Assembly: GCA_964291625.2 (NCBI GenBank)
Contig: OZ220090.1
Coordinates: 672,001 to 736,000, forward strand
DNA: 64,000 nt
Reading direction: 5' to 3'
Source: Candidatus Latescibacterota bacterium
GTDB taxonomy: Bacteria > Latescibacterota > UBA2968 > UBA8231
In this document: positions 49,171-59,388 of the stretch, piece after piece
Layout: each line of letters starts with the position of its first letter
Numbering within the stretch: the first letter of the stretch is position 1
The notes under the pieces: model-generated
Told to the model about the DNA's origin: nothing
Seen by the model: only the letters and a program-made list of their open reading frames with translations
Database searches by the model: none
Translations under genes and position numbers: made by a program

Positions 49171-50948
49171 GACAAGGCCTTGCGCATCAGGGCGGCGACC
49201 TCCTCGGCCTCCGCCAGCAGCTCCTCCCTGGCCGACCTGTCGCTGTCGACGGGGGAGTAGCGACCGAACTCGCAGCGCTCCAGCACGGCCGCAACCCGGT
49301 CGACGAGGTCGGGCCCAAGGCCCCGGTCCTCCAGCTGGCGGCGGCAGCGGTCGGGGGTCAGGCCGGGCGCCGGCAGGTCCGCATGGTCGGCGATGAAGGC
49401 CACCACGGCCTCCTGGAGAGCGGCGTGGAAGCCATCCCCTTCGGCCGCCCGCCGCCGGGCTTCGCGAAGGCGGCCCGACAGCGCTCCCCCGGACCGGCGC
49501 CGGCGCGCATAGGCGGTGTCCTTCTCGAGCCTGCGGCGGTGGCGGTGCCTGGCGACGAGGGCCACGTACCCCAGGGGCAGGAGGATGTGGGCGAGCCAGT
49601 ACCAGAGGCTGCGGTAGAGGGCGGGGGCAGCGCCCATGCGGTCCACGTCGGGCTTGATGTGGCGGATGTCGCTCCCGAGGCGCTCGATCTCCCGCCGCGT
49701 CAGGTCGTACCTCCCGCCGGCCTCGGCCCCGGCGCCGCCGCCGCGGCTGCGGATCTCGATGGGGGCGGTGGAGGCGGTGCGGTAGCTGTGGGCGGCGGGA
49801 TCGAAGTAGGTCACCGACAGCGCCGGGATCTCCAGGCGGCCTCCCCCTTCGGGAATCAGGATGTACTCCAGGTTCCGAGCCGCCATGTACCTGCCGTCGG
49901 CCGAGCGCCCCTCCTCCACCTTCACCTTGGGCTCGTAGACCTCGAAGCCGGCAGGGTCCAGGACGGGCTCGGGTATGCTCTGCACATTGCCGGTGCCCGT
50001 GATCGACACCCTCAGGGTGACCGGATCACCGGCGCGCAACTCCCGGGGACTGGCCTCGGCGGAGATGTCGAACTCGCCCACGGCGCCGGCGAAGCCTCGG
50101 GGCCGTCCCCGGTCCGGAAGGGGGCGCACGAAGATGGAGAGCGGCTCGCTGCGGAACATCAGGGTGCGGCCACGGCCGAAGACAGGGTCCTCCAGCAGGG
50201 AGCAGGTGAGCCCCATGGTCTCGATGACCTGATGCCCCGAAGCGGTGGGGAACAGGGCCACGTGGCGCAGGGGCGCAACCTGGAAGGGCAGGCTGTCGAT
50301 CACCTCGCGATGCGGTTCCAGCCGCGAGGCGGCGAAGAGCTCCTTGACCCAGAACCCGGTGTACTCCGGAACCTCCGAGAGCCTGGGGCCGCGCAGGCGG
50401 TAGCGGTAGCAGAGGTCGAACCGAACGTTCACCTGCTCCCCCACATACGCCGTGTCGCGGTCGGCCTCGGCGCGCACGAAGATGTCGTCCTCCAGAGAGC
50501 GCTCTGCGGTCCCCCCGCCAGCCCCTGGCGTCCGCCCCGCGGCGGCCTTGCCGCGGACGTGCACCTCCACCTGATCCGTGGTCAGGACCTCGCCCCCCGC
50601 CCGCAGCCGCGCGGGACCGATGACGAACCGCCCGGGGTTCCGGGCGTACAGGGTGTACCGCAGCTCCCGGGTGTAGCGGGCCCCGCTCTTGTCGTGGGAC
50701 TCCATGTCCATCACCGAGGGTCCGTGGACGATGAACTCCCCCAGGTCGATGGTGGGAGCCGCCAGGTCCCTCAGCGGGCTCACGTCGCTGAGACGCAGGG
50801 TCAGCTGGATCGGCTGCGACGCGGAGACGCTTCCGCGGTCCACGGCCAGGGTGAACTCGAGCTCCGCCCGGCCGGGTATCGCCGTCAGGAGCAGCAGGGC
50901 TGTCAGGGAGCGCCGCAGGCGGCGGGTGGAGGCGGGGTCACCAGTCAC
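49167..50948 (-). CDS. batD: BatD-like protein (Ig-like repeats, C-terminal TM)
   Basis: AVDR, YVGEQ, GFW, LFP..SG, F.GAVGEF, GDPVTL...ITG.GN, YFDP....Y, DIRHIK. Confidence 0.85.
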   Translation of the reverse strand: MTGDPASTRRLRRSLTALLLLTAIPGRAELEFTLAVDRGSVSASQPIQLTLRLSDVSPLRDLAAPTIDLGEFIVHGPSVMDMESHDKSGARYTRELRYTLYARNPGRFVIGPARLRAGGEVLTTDQVEVHVRGKAAAGRTPGAGGGTAERSLEDDIFVRAEADRDTAYVGEQVNVRFDLCYRYRLRGPRLSEVPEYTGFWVKELFAASRLEPHREVIDSLPFQVAPLRHVALFPTASGHQVIETMGLTCSLLEDPVFGRGRTLMFRSEPLSIFVRPLPDRGRPRGFAGAVGEFDISAEASPRELRAGDPVTLRVSITGTGNVQSIPEPVLDPAGFEVYEPKVKVEEGRSADGRYMAARNLEYILIPEGGGRLEIPALSVTYFDPAAHSYRTASTAPIEIRSRGGGAGAEAGGRYDLTRREIERLGSDIRHIKPDVDRMGAAPALYRSLWYWLAHILLPLGYVALVARHRHRRRLEKDTAYARRRRSGGALSGRLREARRRAAEGDGFHAALQEAVVAFIADHADLPAPGLTPDRCRRQLEDRGLGPDLVDRVAAVLERCEFGRYSPVDSDRSAREELLAEAEEVAALMRKALS

Positions 50949-51696
50949 GGGCGTCGTCCCGTCCGCGGGCGCGGTAGCGCCGCTCCTGGGCCTCCTCCTC
51001 GCGGTCCCGGAGGGCGTCGAGGAGGCGCTCGGCCTCCTCGGGGTCCATGCCGCTCTTCTCCTCCTCCGGCGCCGGCGCCTGGTCTTCCCCCTCGGAGGGC
51101 TCGGAGGGCTCTTCGTCCCGGGAGCCTGGATCGGGCTCCGGCGGCTCATCCTCCGGCTCCTCCGAGGGGGGCTGCTGCTGATCTTGCGGCGGTTGCCGTG
51201 GTTGCTCCTCCTCGTCCTGGGGAGGCTGCCGGTCCTGGCCTTCCTGCGGCTGGGGTGGGGGCGGCGGCGGCAGCCGCTGCAGGGCCAGCTCCAGGTTGGC
51301 CTTGGCGTCGGCGTCGCCGGGAGTCCGCTGAAGGGCCTGCTGGTAGGCCTCCACGGCCGCCGCGTAATCCTGCAACTGGAAGTGGGCGTTCCCCTTGTTG
51401 TAGTGGCCGAGGGCCGCCAGGGCCGGATCGTCGGCGGCGCTCACCCGCTCGAACTCCCCGAGGGCGCCCTCGAAGTCGCCGAGCTGGAAGAGGGCGTCGC
51501 CCACGTTGAGGTGGAGCCGCGCCGACTCCGGCCGCTCCACCAGGGCCTCCTTGTAGGCCTGCAGGGCCTCCTCGTAGCGGCCCTCGTCGTAGAGGGCGCG
51601 GGCGGCCTCGTTGCGGGAGACGGCGGGATCGCCGATGGTGCGCGCCTGGGCCCCGGTGACCAGGAGCGGGATCGCGGCCAGGACCAGGGCCCTCAC
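50938..51696 (-). CDS. batC: BatC-like TPR protein with Q/E/P-rich tail
   Basis: YNKGNAHF, YQQAL...PGD.DAKANLELA, M..EEAERLLDAL...E, C-terminal DW. Confidence 0.85.
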   Translation of the reverse strand: MRALVLAAIPLLVTGAQARTIGDPAVSRNEAARALYDEGRYEEALQAYKEALVERPESARLHLNVGDALFQLGDFEGALGEFERVSAADDPALAALGHYNKGNAHFQLQDYAAAVEAYQQALQRTPGDADAKANLELALQRLPPPPPPQPQEGQDRQPPQDEEEQPRQPPQDQQQPPSEEPEDEPPEPDPGSRDEEPSEPSEGEDQAPAPEEEKSGMDPEEAERLLDALRDREEEAQERRYRARGRDDARDW

Positions 51697-52721
51697 GCGA
51701 ACCTCCCCCGCCACTCCCGGCGGCTCCGAGAGCGCTCGGAGAGGAGGCCCTCGGCCAGGAAGCAGGCCAGGGCCAGGGCCAGGGGAATCTGGAAGCGCTC
51801 CTCGTAGCGGGTGAAGCGCTCGGACCCGAGCTCCTTCTGCCGCACCTCGGAGATGCGGTCGACGACGGCCCCCAGCTCCCGGCCGGTGAGGCTGCTGCGC
51901 CAGTAGGCGCCCTCCCCCGCCGCCGCCACCTCGCGCAGCGCCGCCTCGTCGAGGCGGGACTTCACGTAGTGGCCGTCGCGGTCCTTGTGGTAGTCGAGAC
52001 GACTCCCGTCCTCTGCGCGCAGAGGGATGAGCCCCCCCTCCGGGGAACCGACGCCGATGCAGAACAGGCGCGCCCCCTGGTCGGCCAGCCGGGCGGCGGC
52101 GTCGGCTGCCGAACCGGAATGGGCTTCGCCGTCGCTGAAGAGGACGGCCACCTTGTGCTGCCGGTCCTCGGGGTCGAAGACCCCTTCCGCCAGCTCCAGG
52201 GCGCGGGCCAAGGAAGTCCCCTGGGAGGGAATGGCGTTCACGTCCACCGCCCCGAGGAGCATGCGCAGGGCCGCGGTGTCGAGGGTCAGCGGGCACTGGA
52301 CGTAGGCGGTGGAGGCGAAGACGACGAGAGCGACCCGGTTGCCCTGGAGATCGTCCAGCAGCTTGCCGATGGCCTGCCGCGACCGCTCGAGCCGGTTGGG
52401 TCGCACGTCCTCGGCGAGCATGCTGCGCGACAGGTCGAGGAGGAGGACCACGTCGACGCCGCGTCGCTGGGCCATCTCCAGACGGACCCCGAACCGAGGG
52501 CCGCTCAGGGCCAGCGCCAGCAGGCCGATCCCGGCGACGGCGAGAACCGACTTCAGGTGCTGCCGCGTGCGGCTCACGCTGCGGATGAGGCGGGGAGCCA
52601 CCGCGGCATGGGCGAGGCGCTCCAGGTCGCGGCGGCGGCGGACATGGGCCCAGGCGGCGAACCAGGCCGCCAGCGGCACCAGCAGCAGCAGCCATTGGTT
52701 GTGCTCGGCGGCGAAGCGCAT
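51693..52721 (-). CDS. batB: BatB-like VWA domain protein
   Basis: DLSRSMLAEDV.PNRL MIDAS, PLTLD, SDGE, G.G...G..IP, SRLDE..L. Confidence 0.87.
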   Translation of the reverse strand: MRFAAEHNQWLLLLVPLAAWFAAWAHVRRRRDLERLAHAAVAPRLIRSVSRTRQHLKSVLAVAGIGLLALALSGPRFGVRLEMAQRRGVDVVLLLDLSRSMLAEDVRPNRLERSRQAIGKLLDDLQGNRVALVVFASTAYVQCPLTLDTAALRMLLGAVDVNAIPSQGTSLARALELAEGVFDPEDRQHKVAVLFSDGEAHSGSAADAAARLADQGARLFCIGVGSPEGGLIPLRAEDGSRLDYHKDRDGHYVKSRLDEAALREVAAAGEGAYWRSSLTGRELGAVVDRISEVRQKELGSERFTRYEERFQIPLALALACFLAEGLLSERSRSRREWRGRFA

Positions 52722-52725
52722 CGGA

Positions 52726-53706
52726 TCAGGGCAGGCTGCGGAAGCGGGTGCGGGACAACAGGAAGTCCCCTGCCAGGGCGAGGAACCCCGGCCACAGGAC
52801 CAGGGCGTAGAGCTCCGAGTACTGCAGGTGGACCTCGCTGGTGACTTCGGTCTTCTCCAGGCGGCCGATCTCGGCGTAGATCTCGGCCAGCTTCTCGCCG
52901 CTGGTGGCGTGGTAGTACTCGCCTCCCGTGGTGGCGGCGATGGCGCGCAGGATCCCCTCGTCGAAGTCGACGCCTCGGGCCCGGCCCATGATGCCCGCAG
53001 GCTCGGCGCCGATTCCGATGGTGTAGGCGCGCACCCCCACGGCGGCGGCAGCCTCGGCGGCGGTCAGGGGGCTGATCTCGCCAGCGTTGTTGACGCCGTC
53101 GGTGAGCAGGATGGCGACGCGGCCCCGCTCCCCCTCCCGGCCGGCGTCCCTCAGCCGGTTGGCGGCGTTGATCAGGGCCATCCCGATGGCGGTGCCGTCC
53201 CAGCTGTCGTGGGCGAGCTGGATCTCGTCCAGGAACTGCAGGAGCACGTCGTAGTCGAGGGTCAGGGGGCACTGGGTGAAGCTCTCCCCGGCGAAGACGA
53301 CCATGCCGATGCGGTCCGTGTCCCGGCCGGCGATGAAGCGTGCCACCACCTCCTTGGCCACCGCCAGCCGGCTCGCGGGGCCAAGGTCCCGGGCCCTCAT
53401 GCTGCCGGAGACATCGAGGATGAGCATGATGTCCACCCCCTCGGCCGATACGTCCTGGACGCGCTCGCCGCTCTGGGGGCGGGCCAGGGCGACGACGAGA
53501 CAGGCCGCGCCCAGGAGCCGAACCACGGGCAGGATCCGCCGGAGCGGCGCCCAGGGGCCGCCGGGCAGGCGGCGCAGGTCACTGACCTGCGGATAGCGGA
53601 CCGAACCCCGCAGCCGCTGACCGTGACGCCGCTGGCGCCATCCCATCAGGGGCAGCACCAGCAGCAGGAGCAGGAAGACCGGATCGGCGAAGCGGAACTC
53701 GTCCAT
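52726..53706 (-). CDS. batA: BatA-like VWA domain protein
   Basis: F..P..LLLL, ALARPQ, DVSGSM.A.D, DRIGMVVFA, PLTLD, GTAIG, LLTDG.NN.G...P, YTIGIG. Confidence 0.9.
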   Translation of the reverse strand: MDEFRFADPVFLLLLLVLPLMGWRQRRHGQRLRGSVRYPQVSDLRRLPGGPWAPLRRILPVVRLLGAACLVVALARPQSGERVQDVSAEGVDIMLILDVSGSMRARDLGPASRLAVAKEVVARFIAGRDTDRIGMVVFAGESFTQCPLTLDYDVLLQFLDEIQLAHDSWDGTAIGMALINAANRLRDAGREGERGRVAILLTDGVNNAGEISPLTAAEAAAAVGVRAYTIGIGAEPAGIMGRARGVDFDEGILRAIAATTGGEYYHATSGEKLAEIYAEIGRLEKTEVTSEVHLQYSELYALVLWPGFLALAGDFLLSRTRFRSLP

Positions 53707-53709
53707 CGC

Positions 53710-54671
53710 TCACGCTTCCGTCGGCACCGCCGCGGGGCTCTCCACCCGGGCCCGCAGCTGCTGCCCGGCGCCGGCCACCAGCCGCCGGCCCTCCTCCGGC
53801 GCCGCCGACGCCTCCGGGAGAGGGGGCTCGGCCCTGGCGAACTTGACCAGGTCCGCCGCCTCCAGGAAGCCGATGATCCCCTCCCGGATCCCGGGGTCCG
53901 GCGGCTCCGGCGCCCGACGCAGATCGGCGGCGACCTCCGCGGTCGTGCGGTCCAGGCTGTCGACGGCGAGACGGTCCTCGAGGAAGCGGCGCATCACCTC
54001 GGAGAGCCGCGTGTAGTAGAGCTTCACGGCGCCGCGCTGCAGCAGCCCCGACTCGGCGATGAGGGTGAACTCCCTCTCGTAGTCCACGGGCGCCGCCGGC
54101 GGGGGGGCGGCGGCGGCGATTCCTTGCCCGGCCGCAGCAGGAAGCGGCTCACGAGCCAGGCGGCCAGCACGGCCAGGACCGCCGCCAGGGTGGCGGCGAG
54201 CCACAGGGGAATGCCGCCGAGGATCGCCATGGGCGGCTTGATCGCCCGCAGCGCGTCCCCCTCCTCCGGGCCGCGGGAAGAGACGATCTCGACGGGGATC
54301 GGCGCCGAGGCGAGCCTCGCCGTGTCCGAGGCCGCCGAGACGACCAGAACCTCCACGGGCGGAATCTCTCCCGCATCGAGCCTGTAAGCGGCCAGCCCGT
54401 AACGGCGCTCGTCCATCTGGAGGCCGTCGGCGGCGGCGCTGGTGGCCGGCTCCGACCGCGAGCGGACCTCCCAGGAACCAAGCCCTTGGGGAAGCTCCGG
54501 GAAGACGGAGCGGCTCGAGGCCGGACGCTCGACCCGGAGGCGCAGGGTCACGGGATCTCCGAGGCGGGCCTTCGCCGTGTCGACCTCCGCCGACAGGAGG
54601 GGCGCGTCGGCGTGGACGGTGGAGCCGACGGCGGCTGCGATCAGGGTTGCGAGGACATGGAACGCTGCCAT
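53710..54671 (-). pseudogene. Bat-operon membrane protein (Ig-like domain + TM + helical domain); frameshift in a G7 run near 54101-54107
   Basis: N-terminal frame gives IKPP and a TM; the second frame continues ...YYTRLSEVMRRFLE...TTAE...ADLVKFA. Adding one C to the run joins the two frames. Confidence 0.75.
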
Positions 54672-54683
54672 CCGGCGGGACGC

Positions 54684-56123
54684 CTACCCGTCAGTCGGCT
54701 CCACGGCTTCCGAGGCCGCCTCCACGGGCCTGGAGACGTCGTCCAGGCTCAGGTCGAGGTTCACCACGGCCTCCCCGTCGATGGTGACCACGGTGGCCAC
54801 ATCGGCGCGCATGGCGTAGGCGCCGCCGTCCTCCGTCGTCGCCCCCACCAGGAACTCGAGGGTGCGGTCGCCGGTGAGACTCACGCGGACGGACAGCTGC
54901 GGCGAGTCGAGGCCGAAGGCGGCGAGGACGAGGCTCCCGCCGGGGCCGTCGTCCTGAACGAAGTCCTCCGCCTCCAGCTCCATGACGTCGTTCACCAGGC
55001 TGGTGAAGCGCCAGGCCTTGGGCTCGCGGCCGGCGGCGTCGACCAGGGCCCAGGTGCCGGCGCTGTCCCGGGTGGCGGCGAAGACCCTCTCTCCCCGGCG
55101 GCGCAGCTCGATCCTGGAGACCTCCTCCTCCGAGAAGGCCAGGAGCTTCTTCTCCCGGAGCTCGGCCAGGGGCGTGAGCAGCTTGTTGACCACGGTGGAG
55201 TCGACGGCGAAGACCTGGGGTCGGCTGGAGTCGCGGGCGAAGCGGTCTCCCTCTCCGGCCTCGGCCCCGATCCGGAGACGCTTCTCCGCCCGGTCCTCCC
55301 CGATCCACAGGGTGACCTCCGCCAGGGCCGAGCCCTCCTGCAGGCCGGCCGCCGCCAGCTCGTCGGCGGTGGGCTGCTCGAAGGCGATGCGCGTGGCCTC
55401 CGAGTTCTGCAGGCGCGACAGGATGCCCTCCACCCCCTCGGCGTCGGCTTCCCTGGCCACCGGCAGGTCGATACGCCAACCGCCGTCCTGCCGCGAGACC
55501 TCCACCCGGCCGCCGGCCCGATCGAGCCGCAGGCTCCCGACCTCCTCCTCCTCGAAGGCCAGCAGGCGCCGGTCGCGCAGATCGAAGAGGCCCTTGTCGA
55601 GGTTGTCGAAGCGCCAGGCGCGCACCCTCAGGACCTCCGGGTTGTCGCCCGAACGCTGCAGGTAGGTGAAGCGCTCGGTGGGGGTGTCGTCGCCGAAGCG
55701 CAGGGTGTCGAGGGGTTCCGGCTCCCCGGCGAGGTCGAGGTGCACCTTCAGGCGCGGCCGGTCCAGGCCATAGGCCGCCAGGCGCCCGGCGTCGGCGCTC
55801 ACGGAGGCGCTGTCCTGCAGGGGGTCGCCCTCGGTCTCGGTCTCGCGCAGGTTCCTCAGGTAGCGCTCCACCGCCTGCTGGTCGGCGCCGGTGGAGACGG
55901 GACGGGTGAGGTGCCAGGACTCCTCCGCCTTCTCCAGGACGGCTACGGTGTCGCCCCGGTCGATGGTGAGACGCCGGGCCTCGTGGTCGCTGAAGTCGAG
56001 GAGCTGGCGGGAGCGCTCGGCCTCGACCTGGCGCCGCTCGCCTCCCTTGATCTCGTAGAAGTAGACGAAGCCCAGGAGGGCGACGAAGATCCCACTGATG
56101 ACGAGGTTCGTCTTCAGACCCAT
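54684..56123 (-). CDS. DUF4340 domain protein (repeated modules)
   Basis: N-terminal TM, W.L..P....AD, YGLD.P, G..TP, LRDRRLL repeated; follows GldG as in known Gld-type ABC loci. Confidence 0.85.
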   Translation of the reverse strand: MGLKTNLVISGIFVALLGFVYFYEIKGGERRQVEAERSRQLLDFSDHEARRLTIDRGDTVAVLEKAEESWHLTRPVSTGADQQAVERYLRNLRETETEGDPLQDSASVSADAGRLAAYGLDRPRLKVHLDLAGEPEPLDTLRFGDDTPTERFTYLQRSGDNPEVLRVRAWRFDNLDKGLFDLRDRRLLAFEEEEVGSLRLDRAGGRVEVSRQDGGWRIDLPVAREADAEGVEGILSRLQNSEATRIAFEQPTADELAAAGLQEGSALAEVTLWIGEDRAEKRLRIGAEAGEGDRFARDSSRPQVFAVDSTVVNKLLTPLAELREKKLLAFSEEEVSRIELRRRGERVFAATRDSAGTWALVDAAGREPKAWRFTSLVNDVMELEAEDFVQDDGPGGSLVLAAFGLDSPQLSVRVSLTGDRTLEFLVGATTEDGGAYAMRADVATVVTIDGEAVVNLDLSLDDVSRPVEAASEAVEPTDG

Positions 56124-56148
56124 GTGCGGTGCCTCTCGTGCAAGTGGC

Positions 56149-59100
56149 TCAGGCCGCGGCGGCGGCCGGCTGGAAATCGCGACGAATCCAAACGAGGATG
56201 CAGGCGTTGGCGATGCTCAGCCCCGCCAACACCAGTTGCAGCGTCGGCTCGGGGACGGCCACGAAGGCCAGACCCGCGTTGGCCGCCAGGGTTGCCAGGG
56301 CCGGCAGCCAGACCCAAGGCTCGCGCTTGTAGAGGCCGTAGCCCAGGCCCCAGCAGATCAGACCCAGGACGAGGTAGCCCTCCCCCCGCCAGAGGCTGGC
56401 CTCGCCGAGGCCGATGACGCCGATGATGTAGTACCAGGTGCCCAGGGCCAGGAGGTTGTAGACCAGCCAGGTCACGAAGCCGCTGACATAGGTCCCGTAA
56501 CCCCGGCGCAGCATGATGACGAAGCCGGAGAGAGCCACGGCGAAGGGCAGGACGAAGACGGAGACCCAGAGGACGACGCTGCCCGCCGTGCCGACCAGGT
56601 TGATCGGGTTGAACCTCGGTTGCTTCGGCGGGATCGTCAGGCTCTCCTCGCCCTCGGTGAGCCAGCGGACCGCAGCGGCCGCCAACTCGCCGTTGGCCTG
56701 CTGGCTGATGTGCTGGTTGCGGGCGAAGTCGGCATCTCCGAAGACCACGATCCGGGTGCCGTCGCCCTCCGCCGCCGAGTCGGCCGCGGCCGTGGACGCC
56801 ACCGCCAGGGACAGGGGGCCGGGGCGGTCGCTCTCGGGATCGAAGTCGATGGCGCCCCCCTCGTCGCCCGTGAGCACGCTCAGGTCGGACTCCCCCCAGG
56901 CGTTGCGGTCGGTGAAGGCGAGGGCCTCCACCTCGAAGCCCCCCGCGGCGGCGCTCACCGACCGAGCCATGGGGAAGAAGCTCATCTGGCCGCGGACGGC
57001 GCCCTCCGTGATCGGGTGATCGCCGTAGCGCAGGACCACCGGCACCGAGACGTCGGTGCCGAGGAGCTGCCCGAGACCGCTCAGGTCGACGACGAAGTCG
57101 TCTCCGATATCGATGTCGTAGTCGTCGCGCAGGAGGGCTTCCAGGCCGCTGTCGCGCCCCGGATCGACGAGAAGCAGCAGGTCGCCTCCCCGCTCCATGA
57201 ACCGGCGCACGCCTTCGACCTCGGCGGCGGTCAACGGACTCTGCGGCCCCAGGACGGCCAGGGCCTGCACCTGCGAGAGGTCGTCGGCGCCGGGCCGGAG
57301 GGGGTCGCGAACCCGCAGGTTCATCTCCTTGAGCCGCCCGTTGAGGATGCTGTAGCCCTCCCCGTCGACGTCGGTCAGACGGCCCTCCCCGTGGCCCCCG
57401 ACGAAGCCGATGGCGCGCTCGTCGGCTGCCAGGGCCCGGCGGATGGCGTTGCTCAGGGCCTCCTCGCTCTGCTCGGCGAAGCGCTCGGTCACCACCTGGC
57501 CTCCGCCCGTGACCTCGACGATGGAGGTGCCCCGCTCGCGGATGCCGTACCGGCGTACCAGGAGGGCGTCCTTCTGAGGATCGACGGTCTCGAAATCGAA
57601 GCGGCGGGAGCGGTACCCGTACTCCTTGGCGATCTCCTGGAAGCGGCCGCCTTCCATGTCGGACATGAAGGTGCGGACCTGGATGAACTTGCCAGCGTCG
57701 TCGGCCTCGCGAAGCAGCTCCAGGCTCTCGGGGGCCAGGGTGAACAGGGCGTCCTCGGTCAGGTCGAGACGCCAGTGATAGCGGTCGCCGAGGTAGTTCA
57801 GCAGGCCGAGAACGCCGAGGGACAGGGCCACGCCGAGACCGGCGGCGGCCAGGTCGCGCAGGCTCCAGCGGCCGGACCGGGAGACGACGACGAAGCCGGC
57901 GGCGGCGATGGCCGCCGGGTAGATGATCAGCGTGATCCAGAAGATCCAGTCCGACTGCGCCTCGGTGAGTGCGATGGGGTTGAAACCCGGGTCCCGCGGC
58001 CGGATCGAGATCAGGGCCTCGTCCTCGGCGAGCCAGCTCACCGCGTTCAGGGCGAGGTCGCCGTTGCCCTGGGTGTCGAAGTAGCGGTTGCTCGCGAAGT
58101 CGGCGTCGCCGAAGACCACGAGCCGGCCCCCGGCGGCGGTGTCGGCCACCGCCACCCCGAGGCCGACGGGTCCGCGCCGGTCGGAGTCGTCGAGACGTAC
58201 GGTGCGGTCCCCCCCGGACCCCTCGCCCAGGACCGCCAGGTCCGTCTCCGCCCAGCTGGCGGAACTGGTCCGTGCCAGGACCGCGGCCGTCGCCGAGTTG
58301 GCGGCCACGGCGGCCGAGTCGAGCTCGACGGAGCGGGCGAGCTCGTAGAAGGTCATGACGCCGCCCCGGTGCCGCCGGGCGATGGGGTGCCGGTCGTCGT
58401 AGGTGGTGACCACGGGAATGGTGAAATCGAGTCCGAAGAGCGACCCGATGCCGCTGGTATCGATGACGAAGTCGTCACCCGTCACCACCCCCCACTCCCC
58501 CATGAGCTCGTCGAGGCCGCTCTCCTCCAGCGCCTCGGCCAGCACCAGGAGAGAGCCGCCGCGGTGCAGGTAGCTGCGCACGGCTTCGACCTCGTGGCCG
58601 AGGAATGGCGACCGCGGGCCGGCCACGATGAGCACGCGGCAGTCCTCGGGCACGCGGGCCTCACGCGCCAGGAACAGAGAGTCGCCAACCACGTAGTCGA
58701 TCTCCCGAAGGCGCTCGGCCAGCAGTCCCAGGTCGGACTCGAGGTTGCCGACGCCCCGCTCGCCGTGGCCCACGGTGAAGCAGACCCGCTCCCGCCGGTC
58801 CCGGAGGACCTTGAGCATGGCGTTGGTGATCTCCTTTTCCGTCAGCTCCGTGAGGCTCTGGCGCTCGGCGCCGGCGGCCAGGACCAGGGTGTTGTACGCG
58901 CGCACGCCGTACTCCTGGGTCCTCGCCGGATCGCGGTCGGGATCGACGAACTCGAAGTCGAAGCGGCCGCCGCCGTGCACGGCATACTGCTCCAGCAGGC
59001 CGCGCAGCTCCTCGTCCTCCCCCTCTTCCATGAAGGCGAGGGCCTCCACCTCCTTGTCCAGGGCCTCCAGGGTCTCGATGGTCAGCGGCGCCAGGCTGTG

Positions 59101-59388
59101 CAACCGGCCCTCGGTCAGGTCGAGGCGCTGGGGATAGCGGTCGGCGAGAAAGTTCACCATGCCGAGGATGGCCAGCACCAGGAGCCCTCCCCAGAAGGCG
59201 TTGAGCCAGCGCCCGTACTGGCGGAAGAGATCGGGATTGAGCACTGCCGACACGGCGACCAGCAGCGCCCCGACGCCGGCGTTGGCCGCCGGCAGCCAGA
59301 CCGCCTCGGGCTCGAGGAGCATGGCCAGACCGGCGGCGGCGAGCAGGGCCGCGCCGGCGAGGCTGGCGAAGGTCGAATAGGGCTTCAT
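56149..59388 (-). CDS. GldG-family ABC auxiliary protein with two tandem GldG modules
   Basis: RLDLTE, GHGE, DDFV.D and VVFGDADFA.N each occur twice, about 450 aa apart; start MKPYST overlaps the permease stop. Confidence 0.87.
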   Translation of the reverse strand: MKPYSTFASLAGAALLAAAGLAMLLEPEAVWLPAANAGVGALLVAVSAVLNPDLFRQYGRWLNAFWGGLLVLAILGMVNFLADRYPQRLDLTEGRLHSLAPLTIETLEALDKEVEALAFMEEGEDEELRGLLEQYAVHGGGRFDFEFVDPDRDPARTQEYGVRAYNTLVLAAGAERQSLTELTEKEITNAMLKVLRDRRERVCFTVGHGERGVGNLESDLGLLAERLREIDYVVGDSLFLAREARVPEDCRVLIVAGPRSPFLGHEVEAVRSYLHRGGSLLVLAEALEESGLDELMGEWGVVTGDDFVIDTSGIGSLFGLDFTIPVVTTYDDRHPIARRHRGGVMTFYELARSVELDSAAVAANSATAAVLARTSSASWAETDLAVLGEGSGGDRTVRLDDSDRRGPVGLGVAVADTAAGGRLVVFGDADFASNRYFDTQGNGDLALNAVSWLAEDEALISIRPRDPGFNPIALTEAQSDWIFWITLIIYPAAIAAAGFVVVSRSGRWSLRDLAAAGLGVALSLGVLGLLNYLGDRYHWRLDLTEDALFTLAPESLELLREADDAGKFIQVRTFMSDMEGGRFQEIAKEYGYRSRRFDFETVDPQKDALLVRRYGIRERGTSIVEVTGGGQVVTERFAEQSEEALSNAIRRALAADERAIGFVGGHGEGRLTDVDGEGYSILNGRLKEMNLRVRDPLRPGADDLSQVQALAVLGPQSPLTAAEVEGVRRFMERGGDLLLLVDPGRDSGLEALLRDDYDIDIGDDFVVDLSGLGQLLGTDVSVPVVLRYGDHPITEGAVRGQMSFFPMARSVSAAAGGFEVEALAFTDRNAWGESDLSVLTGDEGGAIDFDPESDRPGPLSLAVASTAAADSAAEGDGTRIVVFGDADFARNQHISQQANGELAAAAVRWLTEGEESLTIPPKQPRFNPINLVGTAGSVVLWVSVFVLPFAVALSGFVIMLRRGYGTYVSGFVTWLVYNLLALGTWYYIIGVIGLGEASLWRGEGYLVLGLICWGLGYGLYKREPWVWLPALATLAANAGLAFVAVPEPTLQLVLAGLSIANACILVWIRRDFQPAAAAA

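Noticed and set aside
50990-51270. Low-complexity Q/E/P-rich repeats
   Set aside because: Normal disordered linker of BatC-type proteins
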